Of a stretch of 64,000 nt of DNA, positions 24,289-33,353 are shown piece by piece. A program made the position numbers and the translations under genes. Under the pieces are notes generated by a model. The model searched no databases. It was not told the origin of the DNA and worked only from the letters and a program-made list of their open reading frames with translations. Source of the DNA: a virus. The stretch covers positions 1-64,000 of IMG/VR virus record IMGVR_UViG_3300037851_000476; one strand, given 5' to 3'. Positions within the stretch are counted from its first letter, which is position 1. Each line of letters opens with the position of its first letter.

Positions 24289-25047
24289 ATGACCGATTTC
24301 GCCAGCAAGCGCAACGGAACCGGCATAAGCTATTTCGGCCTTCTTGGGATGGTGGATGGCAGCCTCATCGAGCCAAGCCCTGAAAACCTCGAAAGAAAAC
24401 CGACACCCGACGGCCGGCGCTACTGGATCAGGCACGATGTCGATGACCGTATCGATGCCGCCTGGGACATGGCCAGAGCCGAGAGCGACCGCGGAATCAA
24501 GGCGGTCTATTTTTTTCTCAACACGGCGGCCTATTTCCGCTGGGACGCTTTCTTGCCGATGGCAAAGGATTTTGTACGGGCCGGCCACGCGATAGGCCTG
24601 CACAACAACAGCGTCACGGCCGCTTTCATGGCCGGGGAGCCGAAGCTCGCCGAGGAGATTTTGCTGCGGGATCTGGCTTACCTGCGCCAAGCGGGCGATG
24701 TCTGGATCACGGCAAGCCATGGGGATGCCTGGAACCGGCACCACAACGTCCTCAACTATGAAATGTTCACCGAATGCCGGCGCCCGGGGCGCGGAAGCCC
24801 CTTGGAGCGTAAGCCGCTTGCCCGCTACGGTCTGAAACACGAGGCCTACTTCACCCCCTATGACGTTTATCTGAGCGATTCCGGAGGTAAATGGGCTGGG
24901 TCGAAGCTCGGCGATGCCGGCTCGTGGTCGAGCCCTGGCGCCGCGATCGACCACTTCAACCAATGCGATCATGCAATTATGCAGATCCTCGTCCACCCCG
25001 AATGGTGGGAACCAACCAACACCCAAGCGAAAGGAGTAGAACCATGA
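24289..25047 (+). CDS. polysaccharide deacetylase / carbohydrate-esterase-like protein
   Basis: WIRHDVDD...GIKAVYFFL...GLHNN...SHGD resembles the NodB-type Asp-Asp and His motifs. The match is weak. Confidence 0.4.
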   Translation: MTDFASKRNGTGISYFGLLGMVDGSLIEPSPENLERKPTPDGRRYWIRHDVDDRIDAAWDMARAESDRGIKAVYFFLNTAAYFRWDAFLPMAKDFVRAGHAIGLHNNSVTAAFMAGEPKLAEEILLRDLAYLRQAGDVWITASHGDAWNRHHNVLNYEMFTECRRPGRGSPLERKPLARYGLKHEAYFTPYDVYLSDSGGKWAGSKLGDAGSWSSPGAAIDHFNQCDHAIMQILVHPEWWEPTNTQAKGVEP

Positions 25048-25466
25048 GGAAAGTATCGGCGTTACTGGCAATTTGTATCGTTTTCACGCTTCTGCCGGCA
25101 ATCTGCGCGGCGCAGACATGGCACACGGCGAATCAGGTAACGGTCGCCTGGGATCCGGTGGCGAAACTGCAGCCGACCGACACGATCAGCTATCAGGTCT
25201 ACACCAAGTTCGGGATGCCGACGGCCACCCCGCAGGCGGCGGGGGCGCCGGTCACGGCTACCCAGCAGACGATCAGCTTCTCAGCCGAGGGCCGCTATTT
25301 CGTCTGCGTTGAGTCCCTGCGCCTGCCGCAGGGGGAAACCGAGGTGCAGCGCAGCGCCCGTATGGCCTGCAGCGATGTGGCGACCGATGTGGCTGGCGGC
25401 GCGACCTTCGGAGTCAAGTATTTCATCCCGCCAGCCGACGCCACCGGGATCCGACTGCAGCCGTAG
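25044..25466 (+). CDS. secreted FN3/Ig-like protein
   Basis: Signal peptide MRKVSALLAICIVFTLLPAICAAQ. VTVAWDPV...YQVY beta-sandwich-like pattern. ATGA overlap with the previous gene. Confidence 0.55.
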   Translation: MRKVSALLAICIVFTLLPAICAAQTWHTANQVTVAWDPVAKLQPTDTISYQVYTKFGMPTATPQAAGAPVTATQQTISFSAEGRYFVCVESLRLPQGETEVQRSARMACSDVATDVAGGATFGVKYFIPPADATGIRLQP

Positions 25467-25476
25467 GGGCGATGAA

Positions 25477-25665
25477 GTGCTAAACACTACCCATAGCGTA
25501 CCGTCCGAAGCTACTGCACAAAGGCTGCTTGACATAGTGCAAAAAATAGTGGAAGATTGTAGAAAAAGCCGGTACACCGGATGCATTTCACTCGTAGTCA
25601 CCTTTAAAGATGGTGGGCTTAGGTCATGTGAGCAGCACAATAGCCACTTAGTTTGTCTTGATTAG
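25477..25665 (+). CDS. possible small protein (62 aa, GTG start), YezD/DUF2292-like
   Basis: GCISLVVTFKDGGLRSCEQ resembles the DUF2292 core. Weak RBS. Low-GC stretch. Confidence 0.3.
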   Translation: MLNTTHSVPSEATAQRLLDIVQKIVEDCRKSRYTGCISLVVTFKDGGLRSCEQHNSHLVCLD

Positions 25666-25712
25666 GTCGGACCCTTAAAGCGGCCCGGGGCCAATCCCCG
25701 GAACCCGATAGA

Positions 25713-25754
25713 AGCCCGATTCAGGCGAATCGCCTGGGTCGGGCTTTTTTATTT
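25713..25754 (+). terminator. rho-independent terminator closing the accessory cassette
   Basis: AGCCCGA-TT-CAGGCG-AAT-CGCCTG-GG-TCGGGCT followed by TTTTTTATTT. Confidence 0.8.
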
Positions 25755-25781
25755 CAATCCCTCGCAAAGGAGATCGATCGA

Positions 25782-26690
25782 ATGGATGGCGAAGCAGGGG
25801 CGCTAAATACGGATGCAGGGTCATCGCCTCAACCTGCGCAAATTGGTGAGCTTGTCAGCACGGTCGAGTTTCATTCCCCGAAGCCGGCCGCAGCCGACAA
25901 AACGCCCGAGGGGGCGCTAAAGACCGAAGCCGCCAGCAAAGACAGCCAGCCAGCAGCAGGCAAGGAAACCGAAGGCGGGAAGACCGGCAAAGGCGAAAAG
26001 GCGCCCGGGGAAGATGACCGGTTCGACAAACATCCCCGCTTTCAGGAGTTAAACCAGCGGGTAAGGGAATCAGACCGCATTATCCGCGAGCTGAAACAGC
26101 AGGTTTCGGATCTCACCGCAAAAGCGGGCTCACCGCCGAAGGGCGAAAAGGACGATCAGGGCGATCTGCCATTCAAGGATATCTCCAAGATGAAGCCCGA
26201 GGAGCTTCTGGATTGGCAGAGCGAGAAGCCCCACGAGTTCTACCAAAACGTCCTTGCCCAGGCAAAACACGAGCTTTCCAAGGAGTTCACGCAAAACTTC
26301 GAGCAGCGCAGCCGCGAGGATGCCGTTGTGGCGACCTATGAGAGCTTCGCCAAAGAGCATCCCGACTTTGACCATATGTGGGACGAGGGCAAGCTGCAGG
26401 AGTTCATGCAATCCAACCCGGGCCACAACGCGATCTCAGCCTATTGGGCGATCACCGCCGAGGCCAAGGTCGCCGAGGCCGCCGAGAAAGCCGCCAAGGA
26501 AGCCGAAGCCAAGTTCATCAAGAACCAGCGAGCGAAACGAGCGGCAGATGTCCTCCCGCAAGGACCGTCCGCGCCGGGATCCTTCGGAACCGGCGACGAG
26601 GCGCTGAAAGATTCCAAAAAATTCGGCGGGACCACGGCGGTACTTGCTCAACGGTTAGCTGATCGAAGACGGTCACAGGCCGGCATGTAA
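25782..26690 (+). CDS. scaffolding protein (putative)
   Basis: Lys/Glu/Ala-rich helical protein directly upstream of the capsid gene. Confidence 0.55.
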   Translation: MDGEAGALNTDAGSSPQPAQIGELVSTVEFHSPKPAAADKTPEGALKTEAASKDSQPAAGKETEGGKTGKGEKAPGEDDRFDKHPRFQELNQRVRESDRIIRELKQQVSDLTAKAGSPPKGEKDDQGDLPFKDISKMKPEELLDWQSEKPHEFYQNVLAQAKHELSKEFTQNFEQRSREDAVVATYESFAKEHPDFDHMWDEGKLQEFMQSNPGHNAISAYWAITAEAKVAEAAEKAAKEAEAKFIKNQRAKRAADVLPQGPSAPGSFGTGDEALKDSKKFGGTTAVLAQRLADRRRSQAGM

Positions 26691-26739
26691 GGGCTGTCCG
26701 GTAGGTTCTGCTTCATTTCCCTAAGAGGAGGATCTACCC

Positions 26740-27714
26740 ATGGCATTGACCTTCGAAGAACTCGAAGCGATCACCAACGATTATTTCATGCTCGACGGCG
26801 GCAAAGCCGTCGATATCTATTTCTACGACTCCTTCCTTCTCAACTACCTGATGAAACAGCAGAAAGGTATTTGGGAGCGGCCGAACGGCGGCGAGAAAAT
26901 CCGTATCCCGCTGGAATACGACGGCCAGGAAGCCGAGTTCTACAGCCGGGGCGACACGGTTTCAAGCGATGACCGCGAAAGCATCAACGCGGCCTATTTC
27001 GAGTGGAAACACGCCTACGGTAACGCCACGATCTACCGGATTGACCAGTTGAAAAACTCCGGCGAGTACGCCGAGGTTCAGCTCGTCAGCCAGCGGGTCG
27101 GCGGCGCGCAGAAGTCCCTCACCAAGCTGCTCTCGGGATCCATCTACGACGATGCGGCCGGGGCCGGCAACCGCCTGACCGGTTTGAAGGCCCTCTGCAG
27201 CGAGTCCTCTGCGGTCGCCTACGGCGGCATTGCCGAGGATGACCTCGTTGCGGCCGACGGGACGAAGCCGTGGGAGGGCAAACGCACCACCTCCGCAGTC
27301 ACCCTCACCCTTCCCAACGTCAGAACCGCCCGCACCGCGGCCAAGATCCGCGACGGCGCGGCCGGCAAGCCGGATCTGATGGTCACGACCGAAACCAACT
27401 TCAATACCCTGGTGGACATCCTGCAGGTGCAGCAGCGGTTCACCAACGGCAAGGCGACCGTCGAGGCCGGCTTCACCGGGATCCTGCTCGAAGGCATGGA
27501 GGTTTTTCCCGATGACTACTGCCCGACCTCAACCGGCCTCTGGATCAACAGCAAGCATATCGGCTTTGCCGTCCATCAGCAGGGCTACATGATGCGGACC
27601 AAGTGGGAGAAAATCGCCGACTCCCCCGAGGATAAAACCATGAAGATCTACTTCGACGGCAACATGGTCTGCAACAACCGCAAGGGGTTCAACTGCTACA
27701 CATCCCTCGCTTAA
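26740..27714 (+). CDS. major capsid protein
   Basis: 324 aa with a strong RBS (AGAGGAGG). Position follows the scaffold gene. N-terminal LTFEELEAITNDYF and overall resemblance to HK97-fold coat proteins. Followed by a hairpin. Confidence 0.7.
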   Translation: MALTFEELEAITNDYFMLDGGKAVDIYFYDSFLLNYLMKQQKGIWERPNGGEKIRIPLEYDGQEAEFYSRGDTVSSDDRESINAAYFEWKHAYGNATIYRIDQLKNSGEYAEVQLVSQRVGGAQKSLTKLLSGSIYDDAAGAGNRLTGLKALCSESSAVAYGGIAEDDLVAADGTKPWEGKRTTSAVTLTLPNVRTARTAAKIRDGAAGKPDLMVTTETNFNTLVDILQVQQRFTNGKATVEAGFTGILLEGMEVFPDDYCPTSTGLWINSKHIGFAVHQQGYMMRTKWEKIADSPEDKTMKIYFDGNMVCNNRKGFNCYTSLA

Positions 27715-27802
27715 ACCCGTCAACTGACTGACACGGCCCCATAAAGGACGCCAGGAAGCGGCGCGGGGCCGAACAGGGTAGCTTCCGAAAAGGAGATTCG
27801 AA

Positions 27803-28531
27803 ATGAGCATCAAACCCATGAAACGGGCCGGCTGGAATCAGGGTGTTTTCGCCCAATCTGCAACCCAAAAAGAGGAGCTTGGCGCGCTGCGTATCCTGCG
27901 CGACGGGCGCAAGTTCCGTTACGCCAAGGCGGGCGCCTCGGCGCTTGCCGCCGGTAAGCTCGCCGTTGCGGCTGCGGTCGGCGCGACCGTGATGAACGAG
28001 GCCTGCGTTGCGGCGCATTTGGCCGGCGAAATGATTTTCACCGAAACGATCACGGCCGGCACCGCCTACGCCGAGAACTACTTCGCGGGCGGCTACCTGC
28101 AGATCAACGATGTGACCGGCGAGGGCCATCAATACAAGATCACCAGCTCCTCGGCCGTCACCGCCGCGGGAACCTCGATCACCCTCACCCTGGACGAGCC
28201 GATCCGCGTTGCGCTCGCCATCAACTCCGAGTTCACGATCGTCCACTCCCCCTGGATGGCGACCGTCGAATCCGCGACCCTCGGCCTTCCGGTCGGTGTC
28301 ACCCCGATCGTTGTGACGGCGGCCTACTTCTATTGGGCTCAGACCGGTGGCCCCGCGGTTGCGCTCTCCGGAAACGCCGACGCGGTGGGCAAGCCCCTTT
28401 TTCAGTCCACCAGCACGGCCGGCGCGCTCTCCGGCGCCGACACCGCGAGCTATTACCCGCAGGTTGCTATCGCCATGGGAACCGTCGGGGTCGCAACCGA
28501 GTACAAGCCCGTAATGCTGAACCTGGATTAA
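27803..28531 (+). CDS. capsid-associated (decoration-like) protein
   Basis: Ala/Gly/Thr-rich beta-type sequence next to the capsid gene. Followed by the GGGGGCGG/CCGCCCCC hairpin (28559-28580). Confidence 0.45.
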   Translation: MSIKPMKRAGWNQGVFAQSATQKEELGALRILRDGRKFRYAKAGASALAAGKLAVAAAVGATVMNEACVAAHLAGEMIFTETITAGTAYAENYFAGGYLQINDVTGEGHQYKITSSSAVTAAGTSITLTLDEPIRVALAINSEFTIVHSPWMATVESATLGLPVGVTPIVVTAAYFYWAQTGGPAVALSGNADAVGKPLFQSTSTAGALSGADTASYYPQVAIAMGTVGVATEYKPVMLNLD

Positions 28532-28607
28532 GGGCCGGCGCTTTCATGCAAACCGGGAGGGGGCGGCCCAACCCGCCCCCTTCGCCCCCGAACAAGGAGA
28601 CAGTCAA

Positions 28608-28871
28608 ATGGCTTTTTCTTCCGCAATCTCGCACAAAACCGTTTTCGGCAACAAACGGGTCAACTTCGGCACCTTCACCAACGGGGCCTCAGACACCGGA
28701 GGCGACATCAATACCGGCCTGCGCAGTTGTGAGGCGATGTTCCTGCAGGCAGGCGGCAACACCGCCGACAAGGCGGCGGCCCTGAACGAAACCCTGCCGG
28801 TCGCAGGCAGCGCCGTTACCATCGTCACCGCTGCCGGGGTCGATGGAAGCTGGATGGCCGTAGGATACTAG
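28608..28871 (+). CDS. small virion-module protein (87 aa)
   Basis: ORF track. AAGGAGA RBS. Confidence 0.55.
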   Translation: MAFSSAISHKTVFGNKRVNFGTFTNGASDTGGDINTGLRSCEAMFLQAGGNTADKAAALNETLPVAGSAVTIVTAAGVDGSWMAVGY

Positions 28872-28875
28872 CCCT

Positions 28876-29595
28876 ATGGCAAACGAACTCGACACAGAGC
28901 TTTTCAGCCTTGAGCTGTCTGCCGAGGTTCTGGCGGTCGAGGAGACATCCCAAACACTCGCCGACGATGTTCTCGATAAGGTGCAGGACGGCTCCTACTC
29001 GTGGGAAGATGCTGTCAAGCTGTTCAATGCCTGCCTGTATGAACTCGCCGGCGAGTTTTTAATCCCCGACCTCGAACAATGGACCGACCTCTATACCGAC
29101 CCGGGCGTGAACCATGCGCCGCTTCCGGCCGACTACATGCGCAACCTGCGCTATGTGCATTCGGTCACGCACAACCGGCCGCGGATCAGGATACAGGGCT
29201 CGGTCGTGCAGCTATTCCGGTGGTACTCGAACCTGGACCGCCAGGGGCCGGTGCGTCAGGTGGCCGTCAAAGGCCGCCAGCTCTATTACCAGCTCGTCCC
29301 GTCAACGGCCGAGCAGTTGCGGATCAACTATTTTTCCTACCCCGAGCGGCTGCGCCTGCGCGATGACAAGCCTACCTGTCTGCCGGCGCACCTCATCGAG
29401 CCGCTGCTGGTGGCCTACGCCTGCCGGGAGCTTTTCAACGAGATCGAGGACGCCCTGGAAGGCGCAAAGCCCAATACGGCCCATTGGGGGACCACGTACG
29501 ACAAGGCCAAGGCCCAGCTCGCAGCCTTTCTCGGACCCGAGAAGCGCGAGCCCGAGGAGTTCCGCGACGAGATCCATTGGGATGCTCTGGTCTGA
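28876..29595 (+). CDS. virion-module protein (possible head-tail adaptor)
   Basis: ORF track. The functional call rests on position only. Confidence 0.5.
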   Translation: MANELDTELFSLELSAEVLAVEETSQTLADDVLDKVQDGSYSWEDAVKLFNACLYELAGEFLIPDLEQWTDLYTDPGVNHAPLPADYMRNLRYVHSVTHNRPRIRIQGSVVQLFRWYSNLDRQGPVRQVAVKGRQLYYQLVPSTAEQLRINYFSYPERLRLRDDKPTCLPAHLIEPLLVAYACRELFNEIEDALEGAKPNTAHWGTTYDKAKAQLAAFLGPEKREPEEFRDEIHWDALV

Positions 29596-30503
29596 TGGCA
29601 GAACCGATCACCATATTCCGCGGCTCAAACGGCCTGAACGTCAAGACCGATCCGGCCAGGATCCGCTTTGACCCGCAGACCGGCATTCAGGACTTGGCCG
29701 CCGCGGTCAACATCGATCACGACCGGACGGGCCGCGTCAGCCGGCGTAAGGGCTTCACCGCCACAGCGGTAACGGCCCCCGTCCACTCGCTTTGGTGCGA
29801 TGGAGGCCCCTGCCTGTTCGTTGCCGGTGCCTCGCTTTGCCAGTTGGGCGCAAACTACGCTTTCACGGCGCTCGTAACGGTCACAGCCGGCGCGAGGGTG
29901 AGTTATTTCCAGCTCGACTCCCGCTCATACTGGCAAAATGGCTTCGAGAAGGGCTACATCGAGGCGGGCGCAAATAACGCCTGGGTGCGCTCGGCCTACG
30001 TCGGGCCGGCCACCACCCGCCAGTTTTCAGAGCCGCCGATCGGGCATCTGATCGCCTATGGCCACGGCCGCGCCTGGATCGCGCAGGGGCCGGTCATCTG
30101 GTACTCGGAGCCCTACAGCCTGAACGATTTCGACCTCGCCCGGGGATTTCTGCCGCTTGAGTCGCGGATCACCATGCTCCGGCCTGTCAAGGGCGGGGTC
30201 TTTTTCAGCGACTCGCAGCGCACCTACTTCGGCGCCGGGGCCGATCCAACAGCCATGGACATAGCCCTCGTGTCAGAGTCGCCCGCGATCGAGGGTACGG
30301 ACCAGCGCCTTGAAATGTTCAGGTTCGGCGACGGCTCGACGGCGGGAGAAGGCGCGATCTGGACCGCCAGAAACGGCATCTGCGTAGGCCTTCCCTCTGG
30401 CCAAGTCATCAACCTCACCTCTCAAAAACTGTCCTATCCGACGGCGCTAAAAGGCGCCGGCATTTGCTTTGACAGCCGCTACGTTGCGGCCCTCGAACCG
30501 TAG
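29595..30503 (+). CDS. virion-module protein (302 aa)
   Basis: TGATG junction. The ATG at 29595 is preferred over the ORF-track start at 29484. Confidence 0.6.
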   Translation: MAEPITIFRGSNGLNVKTDPARIRFDPQTGIQDLAAAVNIDHDRTGRVSRRKGFTATAVTAPVHSLWCDGGPCLFVAGASLCQLGANYAFTALVTVTAGARVSYFQLDSRSYWQNGFEKGYIEAGANNAWVRSAYVGPATTRQFSEPPIGHLIAYGHGRAWIAQGPVIWYSEPYSLNDFDLARGFLPLESRITMLRPVKGGVFFSDSQRTYFGAGADPTAMDIALVSESPAIEGTDQRLEMFRFGDGSTAGEGAIWTARNGICVGLPSGQVINLTSQKLSYPTALKGAGICFDSRYVAALEP

Positions 30504-30522
30504 AGACAAGGAGCGCCCCCCC

Positions 30523-31341
30523 ATGGCAAACACAAGGATTCTTTACCTGGAATGCGACAAGCAGGATGTCGCCGAGAAGTTTCTGGCCTCTAAACCGAAC
30601 TATTTCATGCGGCTGGAAGACGGCCGGATCGATTACCCGCGGCGCATGGCCTGGGATGGCCCTTGGATCTACACCAAAGCCCCGCGCTGGCAGAACTGCC
30701 ACCTCTGGCACCGGATCTATTTCGATATCCTTTTCGGAAAAACAATGGTCCCGAGCGGCTGCCAATCGTGTTGGAAGGTCGTTATCGAGCCTAGGACACT
30801 TGAGGAGCTGGTCGCAACCTACTTCCTGCAGCAAAACCTCGGCCGGCCCTCGAAGTGCGGCACCGAAACCGAGCGGGAAAACACGAGCAAGCTCTACGGC
30901 GGCTATTGGTACAACCACAGCCTTGAGGAAGGCCAGGAGTGCTATGAGGCCGTCGTAAAGGCGATCACCGAGATCGAGGCCTTTCAGCGGGTGGTCCTGG
31001 GGTGTCCGATAAAGGTGCGGTTCAACAAGGATCCGCTGCCCCCGATCATCCTGAAACGCGGCTGCACGGAGTTCGAGCAGCATGTGGGGCCGTCCGACAA
31101 GTGGCAGGTGAGCGAGGAGCAGGCCGAGAAAGAGGAGATCTACAACGGGATTTTTGTCGATGAGCGCATTCATCCGGCCCAGCCGGATCATGTGCTTGCC
31201 CATGTATTAAAGGGCTGGATTCACAACGCCTACAAGGTGGGCGATGAGTCCTACAAACTTTTCACGAACGGCAACGAGCTTTTCGCCCAACTCGTGACCT
31301 ACCACCACCAGCAGGCCCAAGGGGGAAAGAAGGATGGCTAA
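30523..31341 (+). CDS. hypothetical protein with Cys pairs (272 aa)
   Basis: AAGGAG RBS. Contains GCQSCW and KCGTE. Confidence 0.6.
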   Translation: MANTRILYLECDKQDVAEKFLASKPNYFMRLEDGRIDYPRRMAWDGPWIYTKAPRWQNCHLWHRIYFDILFGKTMVPSGCQSCWKVVIEPRTLEELVATYFLQQNLGRPSKCGTETERENTSKLYGGYWYNHSLEEGQECYEAVVKAITEIEAFQRVVLGCPIKVRFNKDPLPPIILKRGCTEFEQHVGPSDKWQVSEEQAEKEEIYNGIFVDERIHPAQPDHVLAHVLKGWIHNAYKVGDESYKLFTNGNELFAQLVTYHHQQAQGGKKDG

Positions 31342-31747
31342 AAGCGTACACGATAACGTCCTCGACGCGGCATTGAACTACATCAAAAGCAACGCGAACC
31401 GGCTTGTAGTCTGCACCGATGCGCCAAACTACGCCCAGGCGCAAGCCAACTTCGATAGCTCCGGCTATCGGCTCGCGCAGGCGACCATCAGCTCGGCCGA
31501 CTTTACGGGGCCGGCAAACGGCGACACCTCGGGGCGCAAGATCGCGGTCAACGCCCAAAGCTCCATGTCGATCAACGGGATCGCCTCCGGCGCGCAGAAC
31601 GCGACCCACGTTGCCCTGGTGAAAAACCACGCGAGCGCAAGCTCGCAGCTCGTAGTCTACGTCACCACCTGCACGAGCCAAAGCCTTACGGCCGGCAACA
31701 AGGTCAATACGCCGGCCTGGGACATCGAGATCCGTGACCCGTCCTAA
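31334..31747 (+). CDS. virion-module protein (137 aa)
   Basis: ORF track. 8-nt overlap with the previous gene. Confidence 0.6.
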   Translation: MAKSVHDNVLDAALNYIKSNANRLVVCTDAPNYAQAQANFDSSGYRLAQATISSADFTGPANGDTSGRKIAVNAQSSMSINGIASGAQNATHVALVKNHASASSQLVVYVTTCTSQSLTAGNKVNTPAWDIEIRDPS

Positions 31748-33353
31748 AAGGACGCCGACAGCCATGAAAAAAGCCCTTCTTCATATCTTCCTCGCGCTTT
31801 TGCTCGCGCTAAATGCGCAGGCAGCCAACTATTATTTTGACCTTGCCAGCGGCAACGACACGAGCGGAGATGGCACCTACGGCAACCCCTGGAAGACCAT
31901 CGACAAATGCACCACTTCCAGATCTGCGGGCGATGAGTGCCGGGGCGCCAAGACCACCATCACAACGCTTTCCGGAACGCTCACCTTCACCAACGGATCG
32001 ACTTCGGTTGCAACCTCCTCCGATCAAACCGCAGTCGTTGCGGCCGGGGATCTGGTCGGAAAAAATAGCGGACTTGAGGGCTGGTGGAAGGTTGCATCGC
32101 TCAACACGACTACCATCACTTTGACCTCTCAGTATTGGGGACTTTCGGGCTCCGGTTCTGCAGTTACGGGATACAAGATCACGCCGATAACTGCGAGCGA
32201 AGAATACGATGTCAACAGCAGCGGAAGTTCGGGCAGCTATATAAAGGTGTCCGGCGGCTGGAATCTAGTCAACCAGACACAGGAAGGGATCACAGCCCTT
32301 TCGTCAGGGTACAATAGCGGCATTGACCTTTCGGGTAAAAACTGGGTTGAACTTGAAAAATTCATCGTGTCATCTCCTTCACTTTATGGTCTGAATCTTG
32401 GAAGCACCACATACAATGTTTATGTCCATGACTGCTGGTTAGCCGAAGCTCCGTATTATGCGCTTCAATTAGGCGGCTCATCATATTCTAGTACCATTAA
32501 AAATGTTGTTGCCACAGGTGGGGCTGGATCTCAATTTTATTTAAGTGGTGGCAACCATACTTTTGAATCGGTTTATTCGTTTACAGCAGGAACCGGGGCT
32601 GGCGATTATGGATTCGAGACTTCTTCTGTTGCCTGCACATTAAAGGATGTAAGAGCTTACAATTCTTATGCAGCTAACTTCTCTTTTGGTGGCGAGTCCT
32701 TTGCCAACTTTATAATTGATCTGATTGCCAGTACCAACCGCTCAGCGACCTACTGCGTAACTCTTGCAACAGCATCAGGCGAAAACCGTTTTTTCAATCC
32801 AGACATATCAAGCTGTCAATATGGGCTCGGAGCTTCTTCTCATAGTACTAACAATTTCTTCATTGGCGGGAGCATTACCGGAACATCTACAGAATACCAA
32901 ACCTCGAGCAACGGACAAAGCGCGCTCGCCCCAGTTTTTATAATTCAAGAAAGCGGCACAGACTCAAGGATGATCTGGAACGACGGGGTTGTTGAGCATG
33001 ACAGCTCTGCAGAGTGCCGGAGCGGCAAGTGTTTGAAGTTTACCTCGACTTCTGCTTCTTACCCGCTAATTTATAAAGTGGGGAACGTAAAAATTCCGAG
33101 CGCATCATCAGATCTGACATTAAAAGCCTATCTCAAAGACGATTCATCTTTCAATGGGTCGGTCAATTACTTCGTATCCAGAAACGGCAAATTCATCTCG
33201 AAAACCGAGAAAACTCCCACGACTTCATGGGTTCAGAATACCGTAGTCGTTTCCGCTGCAGATCTCACAGCCGATGAATATTTAGACCTGTTTGTGATTG
33301 TGGGTGCTACGGCCGGGAATGTCTATATAGATGATTTCAGCGCGGAGCAATAA
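31734..33353 (+). CDS. right-handed beta-helix (pectate-lyase-fold-like) protein with an N-terminal signal-peptide-like segment
   Basis: MKKALLHIFLALLLALNAQA (alternative start 31764) followed by ANYYFDLASGNDTSGDGTYGNPWKTI, typical of beta-helix spikes/depolymerases. The C-terminal two thirds are visibly lower in GC. Confidence 0.6.
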   Translation: MTRPKRTPTAMKKALLHIFLALLLALNAQAANYYFDLASGNDTSGDGTYGNPWKTIDKCTTSRSAGDECRGAKTTITTLSGTLTFTNGSTSVATSSDQTAVVAAGDLVGKNSGLEGWWKVASLNTTTITLTSQYWGLSGSGSAVTGYKITPITASEEYDVNSSGSSGSYIKVSGGWNLVNQTQEGITALSSGYNSGIDLSGKNWVELEKFIVSSPSLYGLNLGSTTYNVYVHDCWLAEAPYYALQLGGSSYSSTIKNVVATGGAGSQFYLSGGNHTFESVYSFTAGTGAGDYGFETSSVACTLKDVRAYNSYAANFSFGGESFANFIIDLIASTNRSATYCVTLATASGENRFFNPDISSCQYGLGASSHSTNNFFIGGSITGTSTEYQTSSNGQSALAPVFIIQESGTDSRMIWNDGVVEHDSSAECRSGKCLKFTSTSASYPLIYKVGNVKIPSASSDLTLKAYLKDDSSFNGSVNYFVSRNGKFISKTEKTPTTSWVQNTVVVSAADLTADEYLDLFVIVGATAGNVYIDDFSAEQ

